The notes under the pieces are model-generated. The model was not told the DNA's origin and ran no database searches. It saw only the letters and a list, made by a program, of their open reading frames with translations. Below are positions 51,634 through 64,000 of a stretch of 64,000 nt of DNA, one piece after another. Origin of the DNA: Paragordius varius (taxonomy: Eukaryota; Animalia; Nematomorpha). Where the stretch lies: contig OZ176054.1 in the NCBI GenBank assembly GCA_964247055.1, positions 9,858,001 to 9,922,000 on the forward strand, in the 5' to 3' direction. The translations under genes and the position numbers were made by a program. Positions within the stretch are counted from its first letter, which is position 1, and each line of letters begins with the position of its first letter.

Positions 51634-52404
51634 GTGGAAAAAATTAATTTATCATGTTTTAATCCAAATGTTGAGTTTACAAATTATATTACATATATTA
51701 AACGCAATTTGGAGGTCAAGAATGTCGCAGCCACCGATGAAAATATGAAAGCATGTTTGTTGGCTTTCGGAGGAATCGAAAATATTAATAAAATTGAAAA
51801 TTATTTCTATCCACAAGCAATAGACGACATACCATTCCCAGATCTATTAAACGCCGGTATAAAAATCTTCTCCCCCTCAAGGAATATTTTTTCGTCGCGT
51901 TTTGATTTAATTAAAATGAAGAGGGGGAGAATGGATACGTTCACAGAATTCCTGTTAAGAGTTAAACAAATGGCCATCCACTGCCGGTTCTCGTCAAACA
52001 TTGACGAGCACATCAGAGATGTATTCATCGCCGGGTTAGACGAGCAAGCCGTGGAAATGGAACTATTCACACGGTTCCCAGAAGCTTTAGAAAACGGGGC
52101 TCCCGTTTCTCTAAATACGGTGGTAAATATAGCCTTATCACATGAGAAGGCACGAGATGGACTAACGAATACAGAAGTACTGTCCATCAATATTGATAAT
52201 GATAATAAAAGTAACAATAATAAGAACCACAGTAGTAATGGTGAAATAAACGAAATAGCCACACTTCACCAATCAAAAACCAACCATAGTAATAATAACC
52301 GACGAACCTGCACAAAATGTGGGACGACTCATACGTTGGGACATTGCCCTGCCTATGGGAAAGAATGGATGCCATCGTTCAAACCACTTTGCTCGATGTT
52401 GTAA
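51634..52404 (+). pseudogene. gag: gag with double zinc knuckle (CTKCGTTHTLGHC, then frameshifted xGCHRSNHFARCC)
   Basis: Gag motifs LRVKQMAIHCRF and IRDVFIAGL. The CX2CX3HX4C plus CX2CX4HX4C pair is typical of the Mag clade. Frameshift near 52366. Confidence 0.9.
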
Positions 52405-52439
52405 GGTAACGTTTAAAGCATATTCCCTTTTTAATAAGA

Positions 52440-55317
52440 CAAAACCCCAAATTGTTCCTAAAATAAATAATATTCCTATTGAAATGATTTTTGATACGGG
52501 GGCCGATATTTCAATCATAAATTATAAAAACTGGTGCCGTCTAGGCAAGCCAGCACTAGATTTTGATAACAATAATATTTTCATACATGCATACAATAAT
52601 AATCGTATAAAAACATTAGGTAAATGCAAATTACAGGTTGAATTAGATAAAAGAACGCACATTCTAGAGTGCTTTATTATAAACAACAACTTACCATCAA
52701 TATTTGGAATGGACTGGATAAAACAATTTAATTTAAAATTACCCAATCATGTAATAATAAATAACGTATCTTCATATGATATATATAACAAATTTAGCAA
52801 GTTATTTTCTGAGGGCCTTGGTTGCTGGAAGGGCGACCCGATTAAAGTGTTTTTAAGTAATAATAATTGTGGTAGAATTTTTCCAAGTAGAAGGGTGCCA
52901 CTATCGTTACAAAGCAAAGTGGAGGATGAGATAAATAGATTGGTAAAACTGGATATAATTGAGCCTGTTGATCCAAAAAAGACTAGAATCGTTTGGTCCA
53001 GCCCTACTGTAAATATTTTAAAACCGAATAAAGGCTTAGAATATGCGCGGATTTTAAAAGAAGTATAAATCCACACATAAAACCGCCGCAATACATAATC
53101 CCAACCTCTGACGACCTCATCTCAAAAATTTCCTTCGGCAAATCTTTCTCGACACTAGATTTAAAAGATGCCTATTTTCAAATTTCAGTAGACCCAGATA
53201 GTCAGCACTTACTAACAATTTCTACACATAAGGGGTTTTATAGGTATAAACGATTGCCTTTTGGGTTGAATTGCGCTCCAAGTTTCTTTCAACAAATAAT
53301 GAACGAGTTATTAAAAGATTGCGCAGTTACAGCTTATTTAGATGACGTTATAGTTACAGGCGAAACCGAGACAAAGCACAAGGACAACCTAATAAAGGTA
53401 TTTACCAAATTGGAGACAATGTGATTAAAATTGCGCAAAGATAAAATAAAACTTTTTCAACCATCTGTGGAATATCTTGGTCATATTATTTCTGAAAATT
53501 GCAATAAACCCTCCCCAAATAAAATTAAAGCCATCCAAGAGTGCCCGACCCCGACCAACAAAACCATTCTTAGATCTTTTTTGGGTTTACTTAATTTTCA
53601 TGTAAAATTCATCCCTTCCCTAAGCATTTTAATGGGAGAACTACATAAATTAGCTTGTAACAAACAAAAATGGTGTTGGACGCTAACGCATGATTCGACA
53701 TTCAAAAAAGCTAAAGACTTGATCTGCCAGAGTAGTTCCTTGCATCCGTATAATCCCAAACTACCTATAGTCTTGGAAACCGACGCGTCAATATCAGGAT
53801 ACGGTGCTATTTTATCAAGAACAACAGCGGGTAATCGCCCGATCGCCTACACGTCAAAAAAATGCTCTTAGGCTGAAAAAAACTTTTCAGTAATTGAGCG
53901 AGAAGCAAAAGCTATCCTAATAGCGTTAGAGAAGTTTAAAACCTTTTTGTATGGCAGAAAATTTATAATACAAACGGACCACAAACCTCTAGTGAAACTA
54001 TTTGGGCCTCAAAGAGATCTAAGTAAAATTAATAATTGTTATATAGTGCGCTGGATAACTAAAACATCGGTATACGATTTTAACATAGAATATCACCCTG
54101 GTACAGAAAACATAGCTGACTGCCTATCGAGACTTCCCATTGAAAACCAGGAGCCGATGGCTTTTGAGAAAGACGATGAAAGTAGCAATGTTCATTTGAT
54201 TTGGTCCAACGAATTAAATTTAAATAGAGAAATTATCTATCAAGAGTCAATAAAGGATCCTACGATAGCAAAATCAAAAGTAGCCCTAAGGTCTAATAAT
54301 TGGACGGACCCCCTGGCCAAGCCTTTCATCGCAATAAAAAATGATTGAGGATGCATACGGTCTATTATTTGTGGGAGATCGGGTAATAATCCCGAACAAA
54401 ATTAAGCCAGAGATTTTAAGATACCTGCATAGTGGCCATCCGGGAATACAAACCATGAAACTATTAATCCGTGAAAAGGTTTATTGGCCCGGGTTGAGCC
54501 AAGATGTCGAAAAATGGGTGCGTAGTTGCCAAAACTGCCAAAGGCTGCCCCCAAATGTACCCGAAAATCCCACCTATCAATGGAACGGGAATACAACTAT
54601 ATGGGAACAGCTCCACCTATATATCGCCGGACTCATTGACAATTTATATTGGGTGGTACTAATTGATCATTGCACCCGCTGGGTGGAGGTAGAGACGTTA
54701 CGCTCTGTGAATACAGGTAATATTCTAAAGTTTTTAGAAACCTGTTTTTGCCGGTATGGGTACCCAAAAGTGGTGGTTACTGATAATGGCTCTTTTTTAA
54801 ATCGGGGGAGTTTGAGAGAACTTTAGCTTCCTCTAATATAAAACACGTAACATCAGCTCCCTACCACCCCCGAACAAATGGATTGGTAGAGAGGGTAATT
54901 TACACTCTAAAAAATCATTATTCAATGTCAACCCCACTTTCCGCACACCCAGTGCGAAGATTAAATATCTTATGGGTTTACCGAAACACGCATCACAGTT
55001 CCACGAAGGAGACCCCCGCGCATTCGTTTTTAAAAAGAACTATGCAAAGCCCATTTACATGGATGAAAACGAAACCCAACGAATTCATGGATATTCCCGA
55101 CATTCCGCAGGAGTTTGAAAAGGGGCAAAAGGTATATATCAAGAATGAATTGTGTACTGGTTGGAGGGAGGGACAAATCGTCGACAAACCGGGATGGTTA
55201 TCGTACAATGTCAACGACAATGGCAAAATTATCCGCAAACATGCTGATCAATTAAAGAATCGCACGGATTGGTCGAAGGAGAAGACGGGAGAAGTGAGGA
55301 AAAGACTAAAAATCTAG
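52440..55317 (+). pseudogene. pol: pol: protease (FDTGAD), RT (YLDD at 53335-53346), RNase H (ETDAS, TDHKPL), integrase (HHCC, TDNG, GLVER)
   Basis: Motifs are in order. Lesions: frameshift ~53037, TGA 53422, TAG 53869, frameshifts ~54340 and ~54810, and the first integrase catalytic D reads Y (HLYIAG). Confidence 0.95.
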
Positions 55318-55562
55318 ATAACCCGGAAATATCAATCAGCATTCCTAACTCATCATCCGCAAACTTAAACAACAATGATAATAACTCCGAAAACATCCCA
55401 CGGAACATGAAATAAGAACCCCTGAAAACATCGAGGAGAATCCGGAATCAGAAAGTGCGCCTTCAAATGAGAATACTCCTGTGCAAACAAGTGACACTTC
55501 TCCTACTACGACTCGCCGGTACCCAATTCGATCCCGAAAGCCACCCGACCGATATCAAGCTT

Positions 55563-55575
55563 AAGGAAGAAGGTA
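55563..55575 (+). promoter_or_regulatory. Polypurine tract aaggaagaaggta
   Basis: Immediately precedes the 3' LTR. Confidence 0.85.
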
Positions 55576-55861
55576 TGTTAAAAAGGTTATTATCATACGC
55601 AAATTATCCTTCTCTTTTTTAGTGCATAATACACTTTTGGCCTTGTTACGTCAAAAATATATATTACCTAGGTTGTGAATGCAAATTATTTTATTTATAC
55701 TTATTGTCTTTAACAACGTTTAAATCAGACAACTTCATCCTTGTGAATTCAATATCCAAATTTCATAATATATATAATGAATCATTGTGACACGCATATC
55801 ATAATATATTATTAAGTTTTGTTGTTATACTAAATAAATATATATATCCTTTTTTATATCA
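55576..55861 (+). repeat. 3' LTR (286 bp)
   Basis: TGTTAAAA...TATATCA followed by the TSD CAAAA. Confidence 0.95.
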
Positions 55862-57487
55862 CAAAACTAGGCTGGTTTTCTCATAAATAGGGGCTAGCCG
55901 AGATTTCGCTAAAATAATTTATATTATATTGTGGCAGGTTGGAAACGCCATAACATAAACTTTAGATTATGAAAAAAAATTTTCCACATGATTCTGCTGA
56001 AGATATATAAATCAGAATTTTAATAAAATTCGTTTGCACTCAAATTTAGGTTAAAATCAAAAGGTATAATCATCTTAGAATCTTATCAATTCCGAAATCC
56101 ATACAAATCTCTACCATGAATACGTTTAAAAATTTGCTACAATTTTATAACAAAGTATGAATAAAATATTATTTTTATGTATATTATAGCACATATCCCG
56201 ATCATTTTGCTTAATTGACTAGCCCATTTTAGAGGAACCTAAAAATTTGAAATTTTCAATACCCACAATATATTTGATAATTTAAATATGTTCTATATAA
56301 TATATGAATAAAATATTTTAGTTTGGAATTTTAAGCCCCTACCAAAATAAATCATTATAATGTCTCCACCTTATATAATAGATATAATGAAAAAACATAA
56401 GAGTGGTATAAGTATATAAAATCGTCTGCCAAAACCAAAAGAACCCTATTAATACATTTTTACACCTAAATATGTATATTTCATAATCATTATCAACAAA
56501 AATCAATAATGACAACAGCAAAAGTTATTTCTTTTTAAAAAATCATTTGATAATTTAATTCCGCATAATCGTTTTAAAAAATACTAATTGTATTAGTTTT
56601 AACAGGTGACAAAAAAATAATAAATTTTAAAATATCAAATTACTTTCAGACGAAGGAGCTCTGAACAAATCTATTGATAATAAAAAATACAATAAAGTTT
56701 TGTTACAAAACAATAGCAAAGATAATATCACGTTATAGTGGATTAGGTCCTTTAATAAACCAAAAATCATAGAGTGAATAAAAAGAATGTTTTGTTAACA
56801 TATACTAAATCCACAAGTCACCACAGGTCTTAAATATGTAGAAATCTATAATAAAGCTTCCTATTGTTGCCTTAATATTTTATGATTGAGATTTGAAATC
56901 CATATGCACAGATAAATTAAAATATACGGACAAAACGGAACTAAAAGACAAATATTTTATGTCAATACAGCCAGACTTTTTAAGTATAACCTATATTTCT
57001 CGCTTATGAAACATAGAATGGGATGGAATCACAATAAAATTATGGCAAATTTTTCCGAACAGAAAGTAACACTGTGTATAGACCCTTTTTTGTAAATATA
57101 TAAACGGCAAAACGAAATTAACACATTTTTCAAAAATAAAATTTTTGTATTTAAAAATTTTTTTTATTTATCAACAATACATAATCTATATTAGGATTTC
57201 TTATGTTATTTGCAACTTATTGCAAAATCAAACTTTTTGTAGAAAACTTATGATAGTCGATTGTACAAAATGGGTTTTTTCCACTTATAGCATAAAATGC
57301 AGCGTAAATTTTACGCCATTTTTAACAGATTCATCGAGGAGGTATCATGATATAATTAAAGAATTTTTAAGAATGTAAAGTTACTCCTCAATAAAATGTG
57401 CACAAATAGCTTAAACATAATATTATAAAATAAAATACCAGTTATATCAGCTAGAGACATTAGATTAATTAATAACCACAAAAATAC

Positions 57488-57643
57488 CTCGTTTACTGCG
57501 ATGATTTATCTTGGCTTGCATACTAACCCTAAAAATTTTATTTGATTTGTTTTTAGTTTTAGTTCCAACCAAATACATTGAGTTATTCGGATAAACTGGT
57601 GTTATAATAAGGCCGGCGTGTATTTTGTTGATTTTTTGATATT
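57488..57643 (-). CDS. Paralogous 156-nt exon EYQKINKIHAGLIITPVYPNNSMYLVGTKTKNKSNKIFRVSMQAKINHRSKR
   Basis: Open frame with the same borders as 2737-2892. Confidence 0.65.
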
Positions 57644-57677
57644 CTAAATATTTTTAAGAATATAATGGTTCCTTAAC

Positions 57678-57800
57678 CTTTAAAAATATTTTTTCAAACG
57701 AAATAATTGTTATCTATACTTGGATCGTATATTTTTACGATATAATTATTCGGATTTTTGTTTTTCAACTGAAATGAAATCTTGGGAGCCGTTATATTAT
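57678..57800 (-). pseudogene. Paralogous 123-nt exon with premature TGA (57694-57696)
   Basis: TTA (Leu) in copy A is TGA here; splice sites are retained. Confidence 0.6.
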
Positions 57801-59444
57801 CTATATGTAAAATATGCATAAGAAATATATAATAAAATTTATAATCTATATAAAACTAAATGTGGCATTCATTGGTGCTTTATCTCGCAAAATTTAGTAA
57901 AAAGGGTATTAGAAAAAGCCCTTAAATGCGTGAAAATTCTGATATAATAATCGTTACATATTTAACATTGGTTCATATTTTTTATAAATTTATGCTGGAA
58001 TCGCGTTATAACCAGTTAATAGAATAACCGATGTGATCAGTTATTAAAAAAATTGCAGGCGTAACATAGGTAGATACTTTAACTTCTTTATAAATTTTGG
58101 ATATAATAAACAAAATAACAATTAATTTTTGGATTAAAATAGTTATTTCGATAATTATTTACCATATCTAAACGAAATCGCCATCAATTCAATTTTAATG
58201 TTCAATTTTTTAACTATCCTCCTAATAACTCAGCCAACCTTCAAAATACAATCACGGTAAACATAAGATAAAATCTATGTTCTACTAAAGATTTAGAAGT
58301 GTAAGAAGTTTATGTTATTTATTTATTGTTAAAAGAGGATATACATTTAGTCATAACAAAACAGGAAAGATAAATTAATCAAAATGGTTTTTAATTTCAA
58401 TTGTTTAGAAAAATGTAGAATGGTGGTTAGTGACTAGCCAAAAATGAAGGAAGCCCAAAAGCAAAAAATTAAATCATTTATGCCTACATAGGAACAGCTT
58501 TTTGAACTAACATCTCCTTTAAGTTCCACTAATAGGGAGTTTTAAAAAGCAAGATCTTCTAAAATAAAAGGTGTTTTGGAAAATCTTTAATTTAAAATCA
58601 TGTATGAATGCCCCGATAATAGACAAGCCACTTATCTTAATTCGTGACTCTATTTACCAGCTGTTTATATGTTCATTGTTTAAAAAGCCTTTAATGGATA
58701 TAATATTTTTTAAAAATTTATATTAACTTCATTGACAATGTATTATAATACAAATAAAACCCTAATTTAGTTTATTGCTAATTATTCACTTGAAAAATAT
58801 AAGTATGTACAAACACAAAGCAATCAGTTATAAATTTATTAATATAATTAAATTGAAATATTTATAAAATTGACGCCGTGACCATGCCGAAACTCCAGAA
58901 AAATGAAATTTCAAGAATCACTATCAACGAATACAATCCAAAAACTAATTTTAATAATACTTAAAACAAGAGAATCGTATTTAAATCGCTCAAACATCCA
59001 ATATGAAATAACAAATAAACATCATATTAGCCAATGCAGGACTCAAGAAAATCTCGTAGAAAATCATGGCTTACCAAAATAGAAGACCATGAAATGGTCA
59101 CAATTTCGAAAATCGGCATATCCAATTTTTTCCCTGATAAAAGTATATGGTTGAGCAGAAAGAAATTTTCAAAAACCACAAGATATAAAGGCGAATCAAC
59201 CATGAGCTATGATGAAAGGCTAAAGTGATCGCTTATGATTGTAATTAAAGGCATCGTGTCATACCTATTAAGAGACGTTTACTTAATAAAGATAATTATG
59301 CCAATTGTTGAAAGAGAGTTTGTATACGATTTCTCACGTGTCAAAATAAAAATGAACCAATGACACTATAGATGATAGTCCACATGGCACAATCCTTTAA
59401 TTTAATTGAACCAGAAGTTTGTAAGATTCAATAAAAATGAGTTG

Positions 59445-60080
59445 CCCAGCAATGAGAATTTCGACCATCAGGAAAGCGACATCCGATTGACAGATGTAAA
59501 GCAAATGGGCAAAGTTGTTACAAGTGTAGTAAGTGGAATCACTTCGCCAAGTACTGTCTTACCAAGCAAGGTGTTCCTATAGTAGCAAGCTCAAATGGGA
59601 TGGATTTAATAGATGTAAAACTCAATGGCAGAGCAACAACAATGTTATTTGACACTGGTACTAATGTGTGGGGATCAACGGATGCTGGAGATCAACAGGA
59701 CGACCAAAATTAGAAGCAGCAGATTGACCTACAACAATGCAACAATTCCAACAATAGGAAACAGTTAGATGTGACAATGAATTAAACAGCAGAACTAGAA
59801 TGTGTTACAAGCAAGCAGACCCGCCTTAATTTTTAGTATACCTCAGATCCATGCATTTAAACTTTTACCAATAATGTTATTAATCAATAACTAAAAAATA
59901 TATATTTAATAATATAATAGGTTTTTCTCAGACGGGTTAGGTTGTGTGAAGAATATGGAAGTATTAATATCTATAGAAAAAAAATTAAACTCAAAAATAT
60001 ACCACTGCAAGTTCCCCTATCTCTGCAAGAGCGTGCGAAAAGGAGCTTAATAGCTAGGAATCCTAAGAAAAACAGAACTT
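59445..60080 (+). pseudogene. Decayed Ty3/Gypsy gag knuckle, protease and RT-start relic (copy B)
   Basis: GKRHPIDRCKANGQSCYKCSKWNHFAKYC (CX2CX4HX4C), IDVKLNGRATTMLFDTGT and VPLSLQER. Confidence 0.8.
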
Positions 60081-62178
60081 TTAACTGGTCCATTCTAATA
60101 GGCCAACGGCTAAATTCCGGACTTTGTAAATTGCACCTCCATATATAAAAACGACACATTTTGAGACAAGTTTTGAGAACACTATGAGGCCATATGGGTC
60201 GAATAAGGTCTTCATTTTTTTATATCAATTGTGTCGAACGCTTTTTCAATTAAACAGTCTTCACATAAAAAAGCCTGATAAAATAGATTGTTATGTAGGT
60301 TTAACAGTAGGATTGGTTATTGACCTTCTTAGTTTATATAGATTCAAGTAGCTGAAGATGCACACAACGCTATAAATTATAATGATTAATCTTTTGAATG
60401 AAAAGTGGACATATTCGAGTTATTAGTAAAATCAATATTTATACCTTTTAGTAGAAAGGCTTGGGTGATAGTTCTTATATTCTTGATATTTTGCTCCATA
60501 TCTATTGTTATAAAAAATCATGTTTTACAATCAAAAAAATATTAATATGTGATTATGGAAAAGATTGGACAATGTATTTCATATCTTTACTTGCAAAATG
60601 TCTAATACCTGACAGATTGGGATAGGACTTTTTATATCTGCATTTTAATCCTTTTTTCTGATTGAACATAAAAGCGCTAATTTCATATTTGATAGCTATG
60701 ATAAAATTCAAAAAAAACAAACCTTGAGATATAATCATTTTGATAATTCTATTATATCTTTCTTATATATAAAAAGTTTAATTTATATTTAAATACATAA
60801 TACTATAGAGTAAAAGAGATCCAAAATTATTAAATTTGTTACTTCCCTTATATAATAATATGTCGAAGGCTAAATATTTATACAGAGATATTAACCCAAA
60901 TTTTTTTGACAGTGTTTACCACATTCCATAATGTGAGACGCGTTTCATAGTTGTGGACTCATCAGACATAATAAACACGGATAAACACTGTCAGTTAAGG
61001 AAGGTATATATTGATCAAAAATATAAAACCGAATAGATTCGTATTGTTATTTTGTTTTCAATAAAGAAAAAATTCTTGATATTTCTCTATTTTATTTTTG
61101 ATATTCGTTGTCTTATCAATAATCCATATAAACATCACAACTCATAAACATCTATACTATAATTTTGCTGAAAATTTTGAAACCCTTCATATATTATAAG
61201 TTACATATTTTAACAATATTTAAAATTTCCGAAAAATTTGGTTTTCGACGTAAATTTGGCTAAATATCAATATAGGAATATTAATTGATAGCGTTAATGA
61301 TACATATATGACGCGTTTTCTCACGTCCCTGTTATAAAATAAGCTCTTGGTAATAATATTACATTTGATGTCAATATAATAGACATAGCGAATTTCATGC
61401 TAAAATATTTATCAGCTTTTTTAATTTTGTTTGCCCTAAGATTATAAGCTATTATCGACCTATACTAACAACTCTTTAAAATTATATTTATAGTTTGATG
61501 GTCATTTGATAATTACGATTTGCACAATCTTTGTTAAATTATATGATTTTTGATAAATTCTGATTGGGGCTGAATACTTTATATTTAAAAACTAAAAGAG
61601 TCCACGCCTAAGTTGATTTTTTCGCTTTTTGTTCTGCCTTTTTGTAATCAACACAGATGCATAATTGGATATCTAGGTTAATCCTTAAAAATTTAAGATT
61701 AATGATATTCAAATTATCCGATACCTCCTTAGATACTAATATGTTATATTTTTTAGCCCTTATTTTTCAAAAGGCCGAGCTAATTTACCACACTGTAATC
61801 TTAGCAAACATAAATGAATAACAATTTTAAATTTGAATCGATATTGTTAAAATCATTTTATCTTTAAGTAGCTGATGCAAACAGAGAATGAGAATTCGCG
61901 CAATTCTGTTATAGTTTCATACATTGCGGTTCGAGTAGACTATTTCATAAGAGTAGTTTTTAAAGACCACTTTTTTTATTAGATTAATTGTAATGAAATT
62001 TTTTTAGTGCGATGGGCTGGAGTTTATATCATGTATTAACGTTTGCGTTCATACCTTTGTTTTATATTCAAATTTCTCCATTCTTAATTTAGTTTTTATT
62101 TTGTAGTATCATCGGTACTATATCATTTTAACTCGTAAAGTTAATTATCCAAATATTTTAAATATATTTAAATAATAC

Positions 62179-62364
62179 TTTCTTGCGCGACTTCCAACGG
62201 TCTTATTTTAAGCGCCATCAAAGCATGTGAATAGAGTTTGTTTTTAACCATATCTATTAAGGAAACGTTGGGAGTACGCCAAAATATAGCATACGTTTTT
62301 CGATCCATAGGACCATATGTCACATGATCAACAAAGTATGGGGGTCCGTTACCAATATTCAAAC
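62179..62364 (-). CDS. Paralogous 186-nt FN3-like exon GLNIGNGPPYFVDHVTYGPMDRKTYAIFWRTP...LEVAQE
   Basis: Same borders as 7718-7903, with mostly synonymous differences. Confidence 0.8.
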
Positions 62365-64000
62365 CTATGTTTGTTCGATTAATTATTTAATTATCTGAAA
62401 AATGATATTAAGGTTTATATAATCCATTTAGTTTTAGGGATTTGTAGGATGTTAGCTTAGAGTCGAGACCTCGATTTTTAATTCTAAATGTTTAAATGCA
62501 AAAATCAATGTTTATATTCCATTGTGCGTAGAAGTTGCACATTTTTATTTGTTAAAATGAACTTGTCGTTTTCGGAATAAATGCTATTATTATAAAAATG
62601 AATATTAATTCTTTAAAATATTTGGATCAAAATTAAAATCTGGAAAGTTAAAGCATATTTTATGCATTTGGAAAATATTGAAAGCGTTTTGCCCACTTTA
62701 ACAAACTGTAACAATTTTTTTGCAATATTTTATGCCGCTCATTTCTATCACGTTAGATTTTTTATTGAAGCATTTGTTTGCCTTCAATCAAAAATAACTT
62801 TAAATTGTGTTTTCATGAAATATTTAACATCGCACAGGCAAGCTCCATAATATCAAAAATAACAGAAATGTTCTATAATTAAAAAATTTTGTACTTGTTA
62901 CGATATAATAGACCGTTAAAATTTATGTCAAAATTTACTCAAAGTAATCTTTTCCCAAATGTAATCGATTAAATGCAATAATCTAGCATAATTAACTTCT
63001 TACACACCTCGGTGTGTAAATTTTTAACCTAGCCCATATAACCGATAAAAATATGGTACATAATTAAATTTAATATAAATATATTTCATTATTAATTTTA
63101 TAATATCAGCGAAATTTGGTTTAAGAGCATTTAGATTCTGCCAAAACTTTTATTCAAAATAAAATTTGCCATTGGGATGCCACAATTATACTCTTAATCA
63201 TTCCTACGCTCCAAAACCAAAAGCACATGAAAAAACTCATGCATTTCTAATAATATAATCTTTTTTATGAACCGATAGGCAATAGTTTTAGCAAATCGAT
63301 ATTGAAATTACTATACCATTTGTAAAATAGTTAGTAAAAAATAATTTACCTTTGAACATCAAGTATAGATTTAAATACATAAAATTCATTTTTTTTGAAA
63401 ATTTGCGTAGGATAAAAAATTATGAAATGAACACTAATTATAAGGGGTATAAATATTATTTCAAAATCGGTAAAAAACTTAGAGTTAATTTACGTTCATA
63501 CAATTGGCTATATAATTTTATTAAAATAACCCTATCAATAAATATCGCTGGTTAACTTAATGTTTACTTAGAAAATTATATCTTATAAAATTTTCTGACG
63601 AAATTGGATATCAGAACTGTGGATAATATTATAAAAGCAAATTAGATAAATTATGGTATAGTTTTGTTTGTTTTGTAACCTATCGAGCTCAATATTAAAA
63701 TTGTGTCAATATTATCATTAAAAAATCGCAAATTTCGGTCACGTTTCTAAAATAAATCAAGGTTAACTTTTTCGACTAGCTATCGTTTGTTATTTTGAAA
63801 ATATAAATAAATGCAAAATAAAAATATCTTTATTTCCAATTTTTCGGGAGAATTATATTTGTAATATTTATTATTGAATAGTGTATAGCATCTTTAGGTA
63901 GTATTATAAAATTGACTAATTAGCTGATAAAAGCAAATTTAACAAAATTAGAATATATTTGGACCTATCATAACATAAAAACTAATCGAATATTGCAGCA

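Larger units (their letters stand above)
51323..55861 (+). mobile_element. Full-length, decayed Ty3/Gypsy LTR retrotransposon (Mag-like), 4539 bp
   Basis: Paired LTRs, TSD CAAAA (51318-51322 and 55862-55866), PBS, PPT, and gag-PR-RT-RH-IN domain order. Confidence 0.97.
57485..63852 (+). repeat. Segmental duplication copy B (~6.4 kb); paralog of 2734-9411
   Basis: Collinear with copy A; lacks the MITE at 6581-6878. Confidence 0.9.

Noticed and set aside
51807-55238. Minus-strand ORFs over the Gypsy element
   Set aside because: Antisense shadows of gag-pol codons.

Overview
Very AT-rich, repeat-dense eukaryotic (probably invertebrate animal) DNA. I found no prokaryotic operon, rRNA, tRNA or CRISPR features, and most ORFs in the supplied track are noise or antisense frames. 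There are three layers. (1) A minus-strand cluster of spliced, partly paralogous genes or gene fragments with very short candidate introns (23-64 nt) and mostly phase-1 exons. It includes FN3-like exons duplicated between ~2.7-9.4 kb and ~57.5-63.9 kb, further exons at 35-40 kb and 49.7 kb, and a 127-bp tandem repeat at 43.2-44.0 kb that resolves into seven exon+intron modules encoding a 22-aa repeat with an N-glycosylation sequon, upstream of a candidate transmembrane segment. (2) A 4-copy, ~2909-bp tandem array (19945-31577) with an ABAB variant pattern, whose unit boundary falls at the end of a TIR element. (3) Many transposons: a full-length decayed Ty3/Gypsy (Mag-like) element with LTRs, PBS, PPT and 5-bp TSD (51323-55861); Gypsy relics; a hAT-Blackjack-like element carrying an inverted transposase fragment; other hAT derivatives with 8-bp TSDs; CAC-terminated TIR elements with TTA TSDs; and foldback-type MITEs. 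All gene models were spliced by eye and need RNA-seq confirmation. Identity figures are eyeball estimates.
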